Source: Gemmatimonas sp. | Lineage (GTDB): Bacteria; Gemmatimonadota; Gemmatimonadetes; Gemmatimonadales; Gemmatimonadaceae | Direction: 5' to 3' | DNA length: 64,000 nt | Assembly (NCBI GenBank): GCA_965279375.1 | Contig: OZ257156.1 | Coordinates: forward strand, 3,008,001 to 3,072,000 | Shown: positions 48,274 to 57,190 of the stretch, piece after piece | Numbering within the stretch: the first letter of the stretch is position 1 | Layout of the letters: every line of letters starts with the position of its first letter | Notes under the pieces: generated by a model | The model's database searches: none | What the model was told of the DNA's origin: nothing | The model's input: only the letters and a program-made list of their open reading frames with translations | Program-made: the position numbers and the translations under genes

Positions 48274-49317
48274 ATGATTTCAGTTCACGCGCCCGTCGAT
48301 CTTCGCAGCGATACCGTCACGCGTCCCACGGCGGCGATGCGTCGCGCCATGGCCGACGCCGAGGTAGGTGACGACGATCGCGACGGCGACCCGACGACGC
48401 GTCGGTTGGAGGCGATGATCGCGGAGCGCCTGGGCAAGGAGCGCGCGCTCTTTTTCCCGAGCGGGTCGATGGGTAACCTCGCGTCGATCTGGCTGCACAC
48501 GCAGCCCGGCACTGAGGTTTTCGTCGATGCCGACGCGCACGTGGTGCACTGGGAGATCGCCGGCGTGGCGGGGCTCTGCGGTGCGCAGATCCGCACCGTG
48601 CAGTCCACGCGGCTCGTGTACAACGCAGACGACCTGCGCGCCTCGATCCGACCGCCGGCGCTCGATGCACCTGATCCGTCGCTCGTGTGCGTCGAGAACA
48701 CGCACAACGGGGCAGGGGGCGTCGTTACGACGCTGCCAGCGTTGCAGGCCATCGCTGCGGTTGCCCGTGAGCATCAGCTCCCCGTGCACCTGGACGGCGC
48801 GCGCCTCTGGAACGCCTCTGCGGCAACGGGCACGTCGCTCGCGGACTTCGCTGCCTGCGCGGACACGTTGATGGTGGCCTTCTCCAAGGGGCTGGGGGCG
48901 CCCGTCGGCGCGGCGGTGGCGGGCAGCGCGGCTGCCGTCCTTCGGCTGCACAAGATTCGCAAGCGCTTCGGCGGCGGCATGCGGCAGAGCGGCATTCTGG
49001 CTGCTGCGGCGCTGCACGGCCTCGAGCATCATCTCGCGCGTCTGAGCGAGGATCATGAGTCGGCCCGAGAGCTGGGCCGCTTCGTGGACGGCGTGTCCGG
49101 CGCCAAGATTGTCGCTCCCGACACGAACATCCTGATGATCGATCTCCCCGCCGCGCGCGCCACGGACATCGTCGCCCGCGCCGCCGCACTCGGCGTACGC
49201 GTGTCGGCGTGGAGCCCCACGCGCATCCGGGCGGTCACGCATCTCGACGCGCCGATGGAAGCCATTCAGGAAGCCGGCCCCCTGTTGCGACAGGCGATCG
49301 AGCGGTCGCTCGCCTAG
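48274..49317 (+). CDS. ltaE: Low-specificity L-threonine aldolase (PLP)
   Basis: DLRSDTVTRP, VGDD, PSGSMGN, ENTHN, HLDGARLWNA, SKGLGAPVG, GGGMRQ. Confidence 0.93.
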   Translation: MISVHAPVDLRSDTVTRPTAAMRRAMADAEVGDDDRDGDPTTRRLEAMIAERLGKERALFFPSGSMGNLASIWLHTQPGTEVFVDADAHVVHWEIAGVAGLCGAQIRTVQSTRLVYNADDLRASIRPPALDAPDPSLVCVENTHNGAGGVVTTLPALQAIAAVAREHQLPVHLDGARLWNASAATGTSLADFAACADTLMVAFSKGLGAPVGAAVAGSAAAVLRLHKIRKRFGGGMRQSGILAAAALHGLEHHLARLSEDHESARELGRFVDGVSGAKIVAPDTNILMIDLPAARATDIVARAAALGVRVSAWSPTRIRAVTHLDAPMEAIQEAGPLLRQAIERSLA

Positions 49318-49327
49318 CCAGCAGCAG

Positions 49328-49356
49328 TTTACCCGGCTGGCGCAATTGACTACGTT
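49328..49356 (+). promoter_or_regulatory. Putative sigma70 promoter of ffs
   Basis: TTTACC-N17-TACGTT ending just before the SRP RNA 5' end. Confidence 0.5.
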
Positions 49357-49360
49357 GCAC

Positions 49361-49462
49361 GTGCTCCGGGTCCCGGAGGGCACCGGCCCGCCAATCCCGT
49401 CAGGACCCCGAAGGTAGCAGCGGCACGTGGAGTCCAGCGTCGCTTCGTCAGGCCCGGAGTAT
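49361..49462 (+). ncRNA. ffs: Signal recognition particle RNA (small bacterial SRP/4.5S)
   Basis: Helix-8 motif GTCAGGACCCCGAAGGTAGCAGC; terminal stem GTGCTCCGGG/CCCGGAGTAT; upstream of dnaX (known synteny). Confidence 0.9.
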
Positions 49463-49463
49463 C

Positions 49464-49515
49464 ACGCGCGGGAGGACCCGCTCTTTCGAGAGCCGGACCT
49501 CCCGCGCGTTTTTTT
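49464..49515 (+). terminator. Rho-independent terminator after ffs
   Basis: ACGCGCGGGAGG/CCTCCCGCGCGT stem followed by a T-run. Confidence 0.85.
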
Positions 49516-49552
49516 CTGCCGCAGCGCTGGACCGCCGCGCTAAATTGCGGCC

Positions 49553-51337
49553 ATGTCGCTCGCCCTCGCCCGGAAGTACCGCCCGCGCAACTTCGCCTCC
49601 GTCGCGGTGCAGTCGCACGTTGCCAATACGCTCAAGGGGGCCATCGCGCGCGGCCGGGTGGCGCACGGCTACCTGCTCTGCGGTCCGCGAGGCACCGGCA
49701 AGACGACGCTGGCGCGTGTGTTGGCGATGGCGCTCAACTGCGAGCGACGTGGCGAGCCCGAGTTGCAGGGCGAGCCCTGCGGGCAGTGTGCCAACTGCCA
49801 GCGTATCTGGTCGGGAAGCGCCTCGCTCGACGTAGTGGAAATCGACGCGGCATCCAATCGTGGCGTGGACGATGCCCGCGAGCTGCGCGAACGCGCGATG
49901 TACGCGCCCTCCGGCGAGGATGGCTACAAGGTCTACATCGTCGACGAAGCGCACATGCTCACCCGCGAAGCATGGAATGCGCTACTCAAGATTCTCGAGG
50001 AGCCGCCGCCACGCGTGGTGTTTGTCTTCGCCACCACCGAGCCGCAGAAGATCGCGCAGATGGCCGCGCCGGTGCTCTCGCGTCTGCAGCGTTTCGATCT
50101 CAAGCGCATCGGGCCCGCCGAAATCCGTGAGCGCCTGGCGATCGTGCTGCACGAAGAAGGCGTGGCGTTCGAAGACGAAGCACTGGGGATGATCGCACGC
50201 GCCGCCGACGGCGGATTGCGCGATGCGTTGTCGTTGGCCGACCAGGTGCTCTCCATCGGCGAGAGCGCCAACGTCACCGCCGATCGCGTGCGTGCCGCAC
50301 TCGGCCTCGTGCCCGACGAAGAGTATCTGGCGCTGCTCGATCTCATCGTCGAGCGTCGCGCCGCTGATGTCTTCCCGGCGGTACAGCGCCTCGCCGACAG
50401 CGGCGTGGACTTTGCCCTCGTGATGTCGGGCTTGGGCGAGCTGCTGCGTGCGCAGCTGGCCATCGCGTTGGGCGGGAGCATGCCCGAACTGCCTGAGCGG
50501 ATGCGTGTGGCGTTGGTGGAGCGAAAGAGCCGCGTGGCGGCGAGCGATCTGCTGCGAATGTTGCATGCGCTGCTGGAGCTCGAGCCCACGTTCCGTCGCA
50601 GTGGGCAGCCGCAGCTGCTGATCGAGACGCTGTTGGTGCGCTTCGCGCTGATCGATCGCACGGTCGATCTCGAAGAGGTACTGCGCGGCTTTGGAGACGA
50701 CGGTCGCGATGATCCACCGGTGCGGCGCGCAGCCCGCGAGGCCCGCGTGGCATCGGCGCATGCATTGCCTCCAGCGCCGCCGGCCGTGGTTGCGCCCGCA
50801 CTGCCTCCGCAGGCGCCGCCGGTGCCGCGATCGGCCACGCAGCAGGTGGCACAAGCCGCAGCCGCGGCACAGATGGCCTCGGTGGCCGCCCCGGCGCCTC
50901 GTGCGGCCGCCGCACGCAGCGACTACACGGCGCCGCCGCCATCACTCGACACGGTCAAGGCGCAGTGGAACGTGGTGGTCGAAGGAGTGCGACGCGCGGG
51001 GCGCGGCATGCTTGCGCAGGCCGTGCAGCGCATGCAGCCCATGGAGGTGCTGCCGAACGGATCGCTGGTGCTCGGGTACGTCACCAACGACGACACCTTC
51101 GCCAAGGCGGTCGACGGCGCACGCAGCGATGTGGTGCTGGCATTGCAGGGCGCCGTGGAAGGAGTCACCGGCTTTACCCTGCGGTTGCAGCGGCCGGCGT
51201 CATCGGAGCCGCCCCCGCGTCCGACCAAGCGCCTCACCGCCGATGTGGTGCAGCAACAGCGCCTCGAACAATTCGCCGCCAGCGATCCGTTACTCGATGC
51301 CGCCGTGCGCGCGCTCGATCTGGAATTGCTCGACTGA
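49553..51337 (+). CDS. dnaX: DNA polymerase III subunit gamma/tau
   Basis: LARKYRP, GPRGTGKTT, zinc Cys motif, EIDAASNRGVDD, DEAHML, LKILEEPP. Confidence 0.97.
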   Translation: MSLALARKYRPRNFASVAVQSHVANTLKGAIARGRVAHGYLLCGPRGTGKTTLARVLAMALNCERRGEPELQGEPCGQCANCQRIWSGSASLDVVEIDAASNRGVDDARELRERAMYAPSGEDGYKVYIVDEAHMLTREAWNALLKILEEPPPRVVFVFATTEPQKIAQMAAPVLSRLQRFDLKRIGPAEIRERLAIVLHEEGVAFEDEALGMIARAADGGLRDALSLADQVLSIGESANVTADRVRAALGLVPDEEYLALLDLIVERRAADVFPAVQRLADSGVDFALVMSGLGELLRAQLAIALGGSMPELPERMRVALVERKSRVAASDLLRMLHALLELEPTFRRSGQPQLLIETLLVRFALIDRTVDLEEVLRGFGDDGRDDPPVRRAAREARVASAHALPPAPPAVVAPALPPQAPPVPRSATQQVAQAAAAAQMASVAAPAPRAAAARSDYTAPPPSLDTVKAQWNVVVEGVRRAGRGMLAQAVQRMQPMEVLPNGSLVLGYVTNDDTFAKAVDGARSDVVLALQGAVEGVTGFTLRLQRPASSEPPPRPTKRLTADVVQQQRLEQFAASDPLLDAAVRALDLELLD

Positions 51338-51419
51338 TCGCCGGACCGCCTCTTCGCGCGAGGTTGTACGGTCCACCGGCAACCTCTCGAAACCCGCCAC
51401 TCGTTACCCGTCACCGCTC

Positions 51420-51737
51420 ATGACCGATCTCTTCAAGATGTTGGGGCAGTTCAAGGACATGCAGGGCCGCATGCAGGCGATGCAGGAAGAGCTGTCGCGT
51501 CGCACGTTCATGGCCGCGTCGGGCGGCGGCATGGTCTCCGTCGAGTGCGACGGCAAGATGCAGCTCACCAAGATCAAGATCGATCGCTCGGTCGTGAATC
51601 CCGACGACACCGAGATGCTCGAAGATCTGATCGTCGTGGCCGTGGCCGAAGTGCAGAAGAAGGCCGCCGAAGCGATGCAGATGGAAATGAGCAAGGTCAC
51701 CGGCGGTATCGAACTGCCGTTCAAGCTGCCGTTCTGA
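51420..51737 (+). CDS. ybaB: YbaB/EbfC nucleoid-associated protein
   Basis: SGGGMVSV, EMLEDLIVVA; between dnaX and recR. Confidence 0.93.
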   Translation: MTDLFKMLGQFKDMQGRMQAMQEELSRRTFMAASGGGMVSVECDGKMQLTKIKIDRSVVNPDDTEMLEDLIVVAVAEVQKKAAEAMQMEMSKVTGGIELPFKLPF

Positions 51738-51744
51738 TCGCCGC

Positions 51745-52335
51745 ATGTCGGTGATCGACGAGCTGACCAGCGAGCTGGCGCGGCTGCCGGGCATTGGTCG
51801 CAAGACGGCGCTGCGGCTGACGTACCACTTGCTGCGGCAGCCACCCGCGCAAAGCACACGCCTCGCCGAGGCGCTCGTCTCGCTCACGGAGCGTGTGCGC
51901 GCGTGCGAGCGGTGCCACAATTTCACGGAGCAGCCACTGTGTACGCTCTGTTCCGACCCGCGTCGGGACGCGAGCATTCTGTGCGTGGTGGAAGAGGCGG
52001 CGGACATCTCGTCGATCGAGCGCGCCGGAGAGTTCCGCGGGCGCTACCACGTGCTCGGAGGGCGTCTCTCTCCACTCGATGGCGTGGGTCCTGACGACCT
52101 GTTCATCGGGGCGCTGCTCGCGCGCGTCGAGCCCGAAGGGGTGCGCGAGGTCATTCTGGCCACCAATCCGTCGCTCGAAGGTGAGGCGACCGCGCTCTAC
52201 ATCCAGCGGCAGCTGGCCACCCGTGAAGTGCGGGTCACCCGCATTGCGCGGGGGCTGCCGGTAGGTGGTGACCTCGAATATGCCGACGGCGTGACAATCG
52301 CGCAGGCGCTGTCGGCCCGCCGCGAGATGGCGTGA
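51745..52335 (+). CDS. recR: Recombination mediator RecR
   Basis: LPGIGRKTA, C4 zinc finger, YHVLGG, EVILATN, EGEATA, LEYAD. Confidence 0.97.
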   Translation: MSVIDELTSELARLPGIGRKTALRLTYHLLRQPPAQSTRLAEALVSLTERVRACERCHNFTEQPLCTLCSDPRRDASILCVVEEAADISSIERAGEFRGRYHVLGGRLSPLDGVGPDDLFIGALLARVEPEGVREVILATNPSLEGEATALYIQRQLATREVRVTRIARGLPVGGDLEYADGVTIAQALSARREMA

Positions 52336-52420
52336 TGAGGTTACTTTCGGGGGCCTCCGAGCGTTGATAGTGCACGACTCCCCTTCGCGGGGGAGTGCGG
52401 ACCCTTTCTCCCATACGTTC

Positions 52421-52909
52421 ATGCCCGTCGGCGCTGCCACCTGGTCGTTCACCGAGGACGACTTCGGGGCCATTACCATTACGCTGCAACGATTCCTCTA
52501 CGACGCGAAGGCGCGCTGCGCGCTTATCGTCGATCGCAGCGGCCAACTCGTCGCGACCGTTGGTGAACCGCCGACCTTCGATGCGACGGCCTTCGCCACG
52601 CTCACTGCCGCCGATTTCAGCGCCAACGACCAGCTGGCGCGCCTGATCGGCGAAACGGACTTCAGCGTGCTGTTTCATCAGGGCGAACGCGAGTCGATGT
52701 ATCTCGCCGATATTGCCCGGCGCGTCATTCTGGTGGTGCTCTTCGACAACCGGACCACCCTCGGGCTGGTGCGGCTCAAGATGAAGAGCGCGGTCGAAGA
52801 ACTGACCAAGACTTTCGAGGGCGTCTTCGCGCGCGGGGGCACGGCACAGGCCACGCCGCCCGGATTCCTGGCCGGAGCGGAAGACGAGATCGACCGGCTT
52901 TTCCAGTAG
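52421..52909 (+). CDS. mglB: MglB roadblock/LC7 GTPase-activating protein
   Basis: LIVDRSGQLV, LARLIGETDFSVLFHQGE, TTLGLVRL. Confidence 0.9.
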   Translation: MPVGAATWSFTEDDFGAITITLQRFLYDAKARCALIVDRSGQLVATVGEPPTFDATAFATLTAADFSANDQLARLIGETDFSVLFHQGERESMYLADIARRVILVVLFDNRTTLGLVRLKMKSAVEELTKTFEGVFARGGTAQATPPGFLAGAEDEIDRLFQ

Positions 52910-52918
52910 AGGCCGACG

Positions 52919-53596
52919 ATGTCGATGATCAACTACGCGTCACGCGAGATCAACTGTAAGATCGTCTACTACGGTCCCGGTCTCGGCGGCAAGACGACGA
53001 ACCTCGAATACGTCTACGGCAAGGTCTCGCCCAACACGCGCGGCAAGCTGATCTCGCTCGCGACCGAGACCGAGCGCACGCTGTTTTTCGACTTCCTCCC
53101 GGTGGACCTCGGGACCATTCGCGGATTCCGCACCCGGTTCCATCTCTACACGGTGCCGGGGCAGGTCTACTACAACGCCAGCCGGAAGCTGATTCTCAAG
53201 GGCGTCGACGGCGTGGTGTTCGTGGCCGATTCGCAGGCCGAGCGCGCCGAGGCGAACGTGGAGTCGATGCAGAACCTGTACGACAACATGGCCGCCTACG
53301 GGTACGACCTGACGCGGATGCCGTTCGTCGTGCAGTACAACAAGCGCGACCTCCCCAATGCGGCGCCGGTGTCCGAGTTGCAGGAGATGCTCAATCCGGG
53401 GTGGGAAGTGACCGATCCGGCGCGCATGCGCGCACTGGCGGATCCGTTCCGACCGGGTGAATTTTTGATATCTCAGCTGCCGGGCGGTGAATGGGTGGAA
53501 CGTGCACCATATTTCGAGGCAGTTGGCGTCACCGGCGACGGCGTCTTCGATACCTTGAAGGCGGTCTCCAAGCTGGTGCTCAAAACGCTGGCGTGA
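52919..53596 (+). CDS. mglA: MglA small Ras-like GTPase
   Basis: [43 protein letters not shown]. Confidence 0.95.
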   Translation: MSMINYASREINCKIVYYGPGLGGKTTNLEYVYGKVSPNTRGKLISLATETERTLFFDFLPVDLGTIRGFRTRFHLYTVPGQVYYNASRKLILKGVDGVVFVADSQAERAEANVESMQNLYDNMAAYGYDLTRMPFVVQYNKRDLPNAAPVSELQEMLNPGWEVTDPARMRALADPFRPGEFLISQLPGGEWVERAPYFEAVGVTGDGVFDTLKAVSKLVLKTLA

Positions 53597-53630
53597 ACCC
53601 TGGCAGTGCACACCTGAAGAGCCCCCCGCC

Positions 53631-54317
53631 GTGAATCTCCCCAACGCAATCACCGTCGGACGCATCGCCCTGACGCCGCTGATTGCGTGGCTGCCCTTCA
53701 CCACGTCGTGGACCGCACGCCTGCTGGCCTTCACGCTCTTCACGATCGCCGCCGTTACCGACTACTGGGACGGCCATCTCGCCCGCCAGCGCAACATGGT
53801 CACCGACCTCGGGCGCCTGCTCGATCCGCTGGCCGACAAGCTGCTGCTCGTGGCCACGCTGGTGCCGATGTATCTGCTCCAGCGCCACTACACGTTCTTC
53901 GCTCCGCTCGACGGCGGCCTCCCCGAGACGTCGGCGCTGCTGTTCGTGACGCCCTTCGGCAAGGTCAGCTTCCCGCTGTGGATGCTTCTCGTCGTACTGG
54001 GTCGTGAGGCGTGCATGACGGTGTTCCGGCAGATGGCGGCCCGCCGCGGGCTCGTCATCTCCGCAATCGGTCCCGCCAAGTGGAAGACCGCCTTCCAGTC
54101 GCTCTGGATGGGATCCGCCTACTGCTGGTTCTTCATGCTGACGCTCGCCACGGCGAACGGCTGGCTCGACCTCCCGCTCTGGCGCGCCTTCGCGCAGTTC
54201 AACGGCTTTATCGGCGTGGCCAGCATGACGGGCGCTGTCGCGCTCACGCTCTATTCGCTCGGCCTCTACGTCCAGCGTTACCGCGGCCCCTTCATGGCGG
54301 CGCGCTCTCGCGCCTGA
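53631..54317 (+). CDS. pgsA: CDP-alcohol phosphatidyltransferase (PgsA-like)
   Basis: NLPNAITVGRI, TDYWDGHLAR...GRLLDPLADK, AKWKT. Confidence 0.88.
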   Translation: MNLPNAITVGRIALTPLIAWLPFTTSWTARLLAFTLFTIAAVTDYWDGHLARQRNMVTDLGRLLDPLADKLLLVATLVPMYLLQRHYTFFAPLDGGLPETSALLFVTPFGKVSFPLWMLLVVLGREACMTVFRQMAARRGLVISAIGPAKWKTAFQSLWMGSAYCWFFMLTLATANGWLDLPLWRAFAQFNGFIGVASMTGAVALTLYSLGLYVQRYRGPFMAARSRA

Positions 54318-54422
54318 TCCATTGCGCCGTTCCGCGAGCGCGTGCGCACGCGGACTCCTCGCGAAATCCCTGGTTCCCGGCGTAGCATTGCGAGTGGTCG
54401 TTCTCACCTCACTCTTCTCGCC

Positions 54423-55841
54423 ATGCTGACTCTGCGCCCTCTACGCTCGCGCTTCGTCCGTGCAGGCCTGCTGTCGATCGTCGCCGCAAGCGCGGCACAC
54501 GCACAGCGCGCCAGGCCCGCCTCCCGCGCCGCACTCACGCGCACGCTCGACTCCATCGTCACCGCGGAAATGGCGGCACGTCACTGGCCGAGCGTCGCGG
54601 TGATGATGGTGCGCGGTCGGGATACGATTCTCGCGAAAGGCTACGGTAAGGCCGACCTCGAGATGAACGTTCCCGCCTCGGTCAATGGCGTGTATTGGAT
54701 CGGCTCCGTCACCAAGCAGTTCGTGACGGCGGCGCTGCTCAAGCTTGCCGAGCGCGGCGTGCTGAGCGTCAACGATACGGTGGGGAAGTGGGTCCCCAAT
54801 CTGCCGACAACGTGGCGCAGCCTGACGATGCGCGACCTCGCGTGGCACACCTCAGGCATCGCGAGCTACACCGGACAACCCCGGTCAGGGCTGGCGCTCG
54901 TGAAGCCGTTCACCACATCGGACACGGCGCTCGCGTTGGTGCGTGACGTCGCGCCGGATTTTCCGCGCGGCACGCAGATGCTCTACAACAACACGGGCTA
55001 TCTCCTGCTGGGTCAGGTGATCGAACGCGCGACGGGCAAGGCACTGGGCGTCGCAATTCGCGATGAGCTGTTCACGCCGCTCGGGCTGACGCACATGTCG
55101 TACTGCGATCTGCGCACGGTTGTACCCAACCGTGTGTCGGGATACTCGCGCATCGGCAGCGGCGCGAGTGCCAAGGTGGAGCGCGCGGTGCTCTGGTGGC
55201 CTGAGATGGCCCACGGCGCCGGCGCGCTCTGTGGTACTGTCGGTGATCTCGTCGCGTGGAGCCGTCTGCTGCACGGCGGCAAGGTGCTCTCCCCCGAGAG
55301 CTATCGCACGATGACCACGGTGGGTCAGCTCAACGACGGCACGCCGCTGCGCTACGCGATGGGGCTCGTGCGCGGTGAAGTTGCTGGTCGACCGGCGTTG
55401 TACCACACGGGCGGCATTGCGGGCTTCACCACGTGGCTGGCGTACCTGCCTGACGACTCTGTGCACATCGCGATGACCGTCAGCATGATCGCCGGCAGCG
55501 AACGTCCGTCGCTTGCGGGCATCAAGATCGTGGAGCGAGTGCTTGGTGCGCGTCCTGTGACCGCGGCCCCGATGTCAGAGGCGCTGCCGGGCATGATCGT
55601 GGGCAGCTACGGCAGCATGCCGCGCGCGGCCACGGTCGCTGAATCAAACGGCGCCCTCACGCTGACGATGACGGGCGGAACACCCCTCGCGCTCACGTAT
55701 CGCGGTGCCATCGACGGTGCCGAACAGTTTCTCGCGGCCGACGGGGCGATCGTGCGCTTCGAACGCTCCACGAACACCGGCACGATCACGCGGGTACACG
55801 TGGATGGTGGCACGAGTCATCTCGTGCTCGATCGGCGCTGA
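54423..55841 (+). CDS. Serine hydrolase, beta-lactamase/class C-like family
   Basis: Signal peptide; SVTK (SxxK), YNN, HTG motifs. Confidence 0.88.
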   Translation: MLTLRPLRSRFVRAGLLSIVAASAAHAQRARPASRAALTRTLDSIVTAEMAARHWPSVAVMMVRGRDTILAKGYGKADLEMNVPASVNGVYWIGSVTKQFVTAALLKLAERGVLSVNDTVGKWVPNLPTTWRSLTMRDLAWHTSGIASYTGQPRSGLALVKPFTTSDTALALVRDVAPDFPRGTQMLYNNTGYLLLGQVIERATGKALGVAIRDELFTPLGLTHMSYCDLRTVVPNRVSGYSRIGSGASAKVERAVLWWPEMAHGAGALCGTVGDLVAWSRLLHGGKVLSPESYRTMTTVGQLNDGTPLRYAMGLVRGEVAGRPALYHTGGIAGFTTWLAYLPDDSVHIAMTVSMIAGSERPSLAGIKIVERVLGARPVTAAPMSEALPGMIVGSYGSMPRAATVAESNGALTLTMTGGTPLALTYRGAIDGAEQFLAADGAIVRFERSTNTGTITRVHVDGGTSHLVLDRR

Positions 55842-55844
55842 CGC

Positions 55845-57005
55845 CTAGGGCGTGATGGGCCCCAGCGGCAGGAATCGACCGTCGTCCACCTCACCGTTGC
55901 GGATGGTGTAGACAGTGAGACCGCTGGGCAGGAGTTGTCGCCCTTTCGGCGTATCGCCAACGATCGCCGCCGACTGAAAGAAACGCAGCCGCCCTCGCGC
56001 AGTCTCAAGCGTGAGCGTCTCGCGATAGTGGATGTGCCCCGCAAGCGCGATCGCCAGCGGATGCGCGCCCAACGCCGCGAGCACGTCATCGAGATTGGAT
56101 GTGACGTGACGGAACTGCTTGCGACCGGCGACGGTGATCAGCGTGGGGGCGGGCGGCGCTTCCGTATATCCGCCCAGCGTTTCGGACGCGGACGCCAGCG
56201 GGATGTGACTGAACGTGACGATCGGGGTTCCGGCGGGCAGGACCGCCAAATCGCGCCGCAGCCACGCCAGCTGCAACGAGTCCACGTGGCCGTAGTACCA
56301 CTGGTCGTCGACATCGACGGTGTTGAGCGCGACGAAGTGCACGCCGGCGGCGTTGAACGAGTAGTAGTCTGGTCCGCGCTGCTGTCGATACATCGCCTTG
56401 CCGAGCAGCGGATGGTCCGGCGCAACTTTGGACTGCGCACGCTCGATGCCGAAAATCTCGTGATTGCCCGGGACCGTGTAGAACGGCGTGCGCAACGTTC
56501 GCAGCTCGTTCGCGAAGAGCGTGTAGTAACCCATCGCCTCTGTTTCACTCACGCGCAGCGCATCCTTCACAAGGTCGCCGGTGATGAGCAGCATGGCCGG
56601 CTTGATCGAATCCACGAGGGCGATCATGCGCCGCGTGCGCGCCACGACGGCGGGCGCGATGTGCGTATCCGATGCCTGCACGAACCGATACGGCACCGGT
56701 TCAGCGGCAGCGGAGAGCGCGAAGTCGATCGACTCGCGGGAGACTGCCGCCTTCCACCATCCCCCGACCGCCCGATGCCCCCGTGGGACACTCACGAACA
56801 CCGCACCGAGTCCTGTTGAGGGCAGCGCATAACCGCCGGAAGCATCGGTCAGAACCACGGTGTCTTGATTGGATACGGCAACGCCGGCGAGTCCACGTTC
56901 TGTGGCCTCGCGCGTGCCGTTGGCGTTTCGGTCAAGGAAGACCACACCGCGCACGGCCGTCGGCTGCGCTTGCAGGAGCAGGGCAGCAATTGCGGCGATG
57001 ATCAT
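55845..57005 (-). CDS. Secreted calcineurin-like metallophosphoesterase with N-terminal SdrD-B-like domain
   Basis: GVVFLDRNANG, SDTH, GDL, GNHE, SHIP, AGHIH. Confidence 0.88.
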   Translation of the reverse strand: MIIAAIAALLLQAQPTAVRGVVFLDRNANGTREATERGLAGVAVSNQDTVVLTDASGGYALPSTGLGAVFVSVPRGHRAVGGWWKAAVSRESIDFALSAAAEPVPYRFVQASDTHIAPAVVARTRRMIALVDSIKPAMLLITGDLVKDALRVSETEAMGYYTLFANELRTLRTPFYTVPGNHEIFGIERAQSKVAPDHPLLGKAMYRQQRGPDYYSFNAAGVHFVALNTVDVDDQWYYGHVDSLQLAWLRRDLAVLPAGTPIVTFSHIPLASASETLGGYTEAPPAPTLITVAGRKQFRHVTSNLDDVLAALGAHPLAIALAGHIHYRETLTLETARGRLRFFQSAAIVGDTPKGRQLLPSGLTVYTIRNGEVDDGRFLPLGPITP

Positions 57006-57190
57006 GGGTCTGGGGTACGAGACTCCGTGGGATGGACCGTCGGGGGCGCGATCCCACAATCTACGACGTCCCCTCTCGTGCGTCGCGGTTTGGATGACTC
57101 CAGTGGACCGGCAGCCATGCCCAGCGGCGGGCGACGCGGCGTCCGGAACCGAGGAGCGCCCGCGGCACAAGTCAACGTTAGCTTTCCCCC

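Noticed and set aside
49553..51337. Programmed -1 frameshift in dnaX
   Set aside because: No A-AAA-AAG slippery site or long A-run seen.
54423..55841. Antibiotic-resistance beta-lactamase
   Set aside because: The motifs define the broad serine hydrolase/peptidase family, and nothing indicates beta-lactam specificity.
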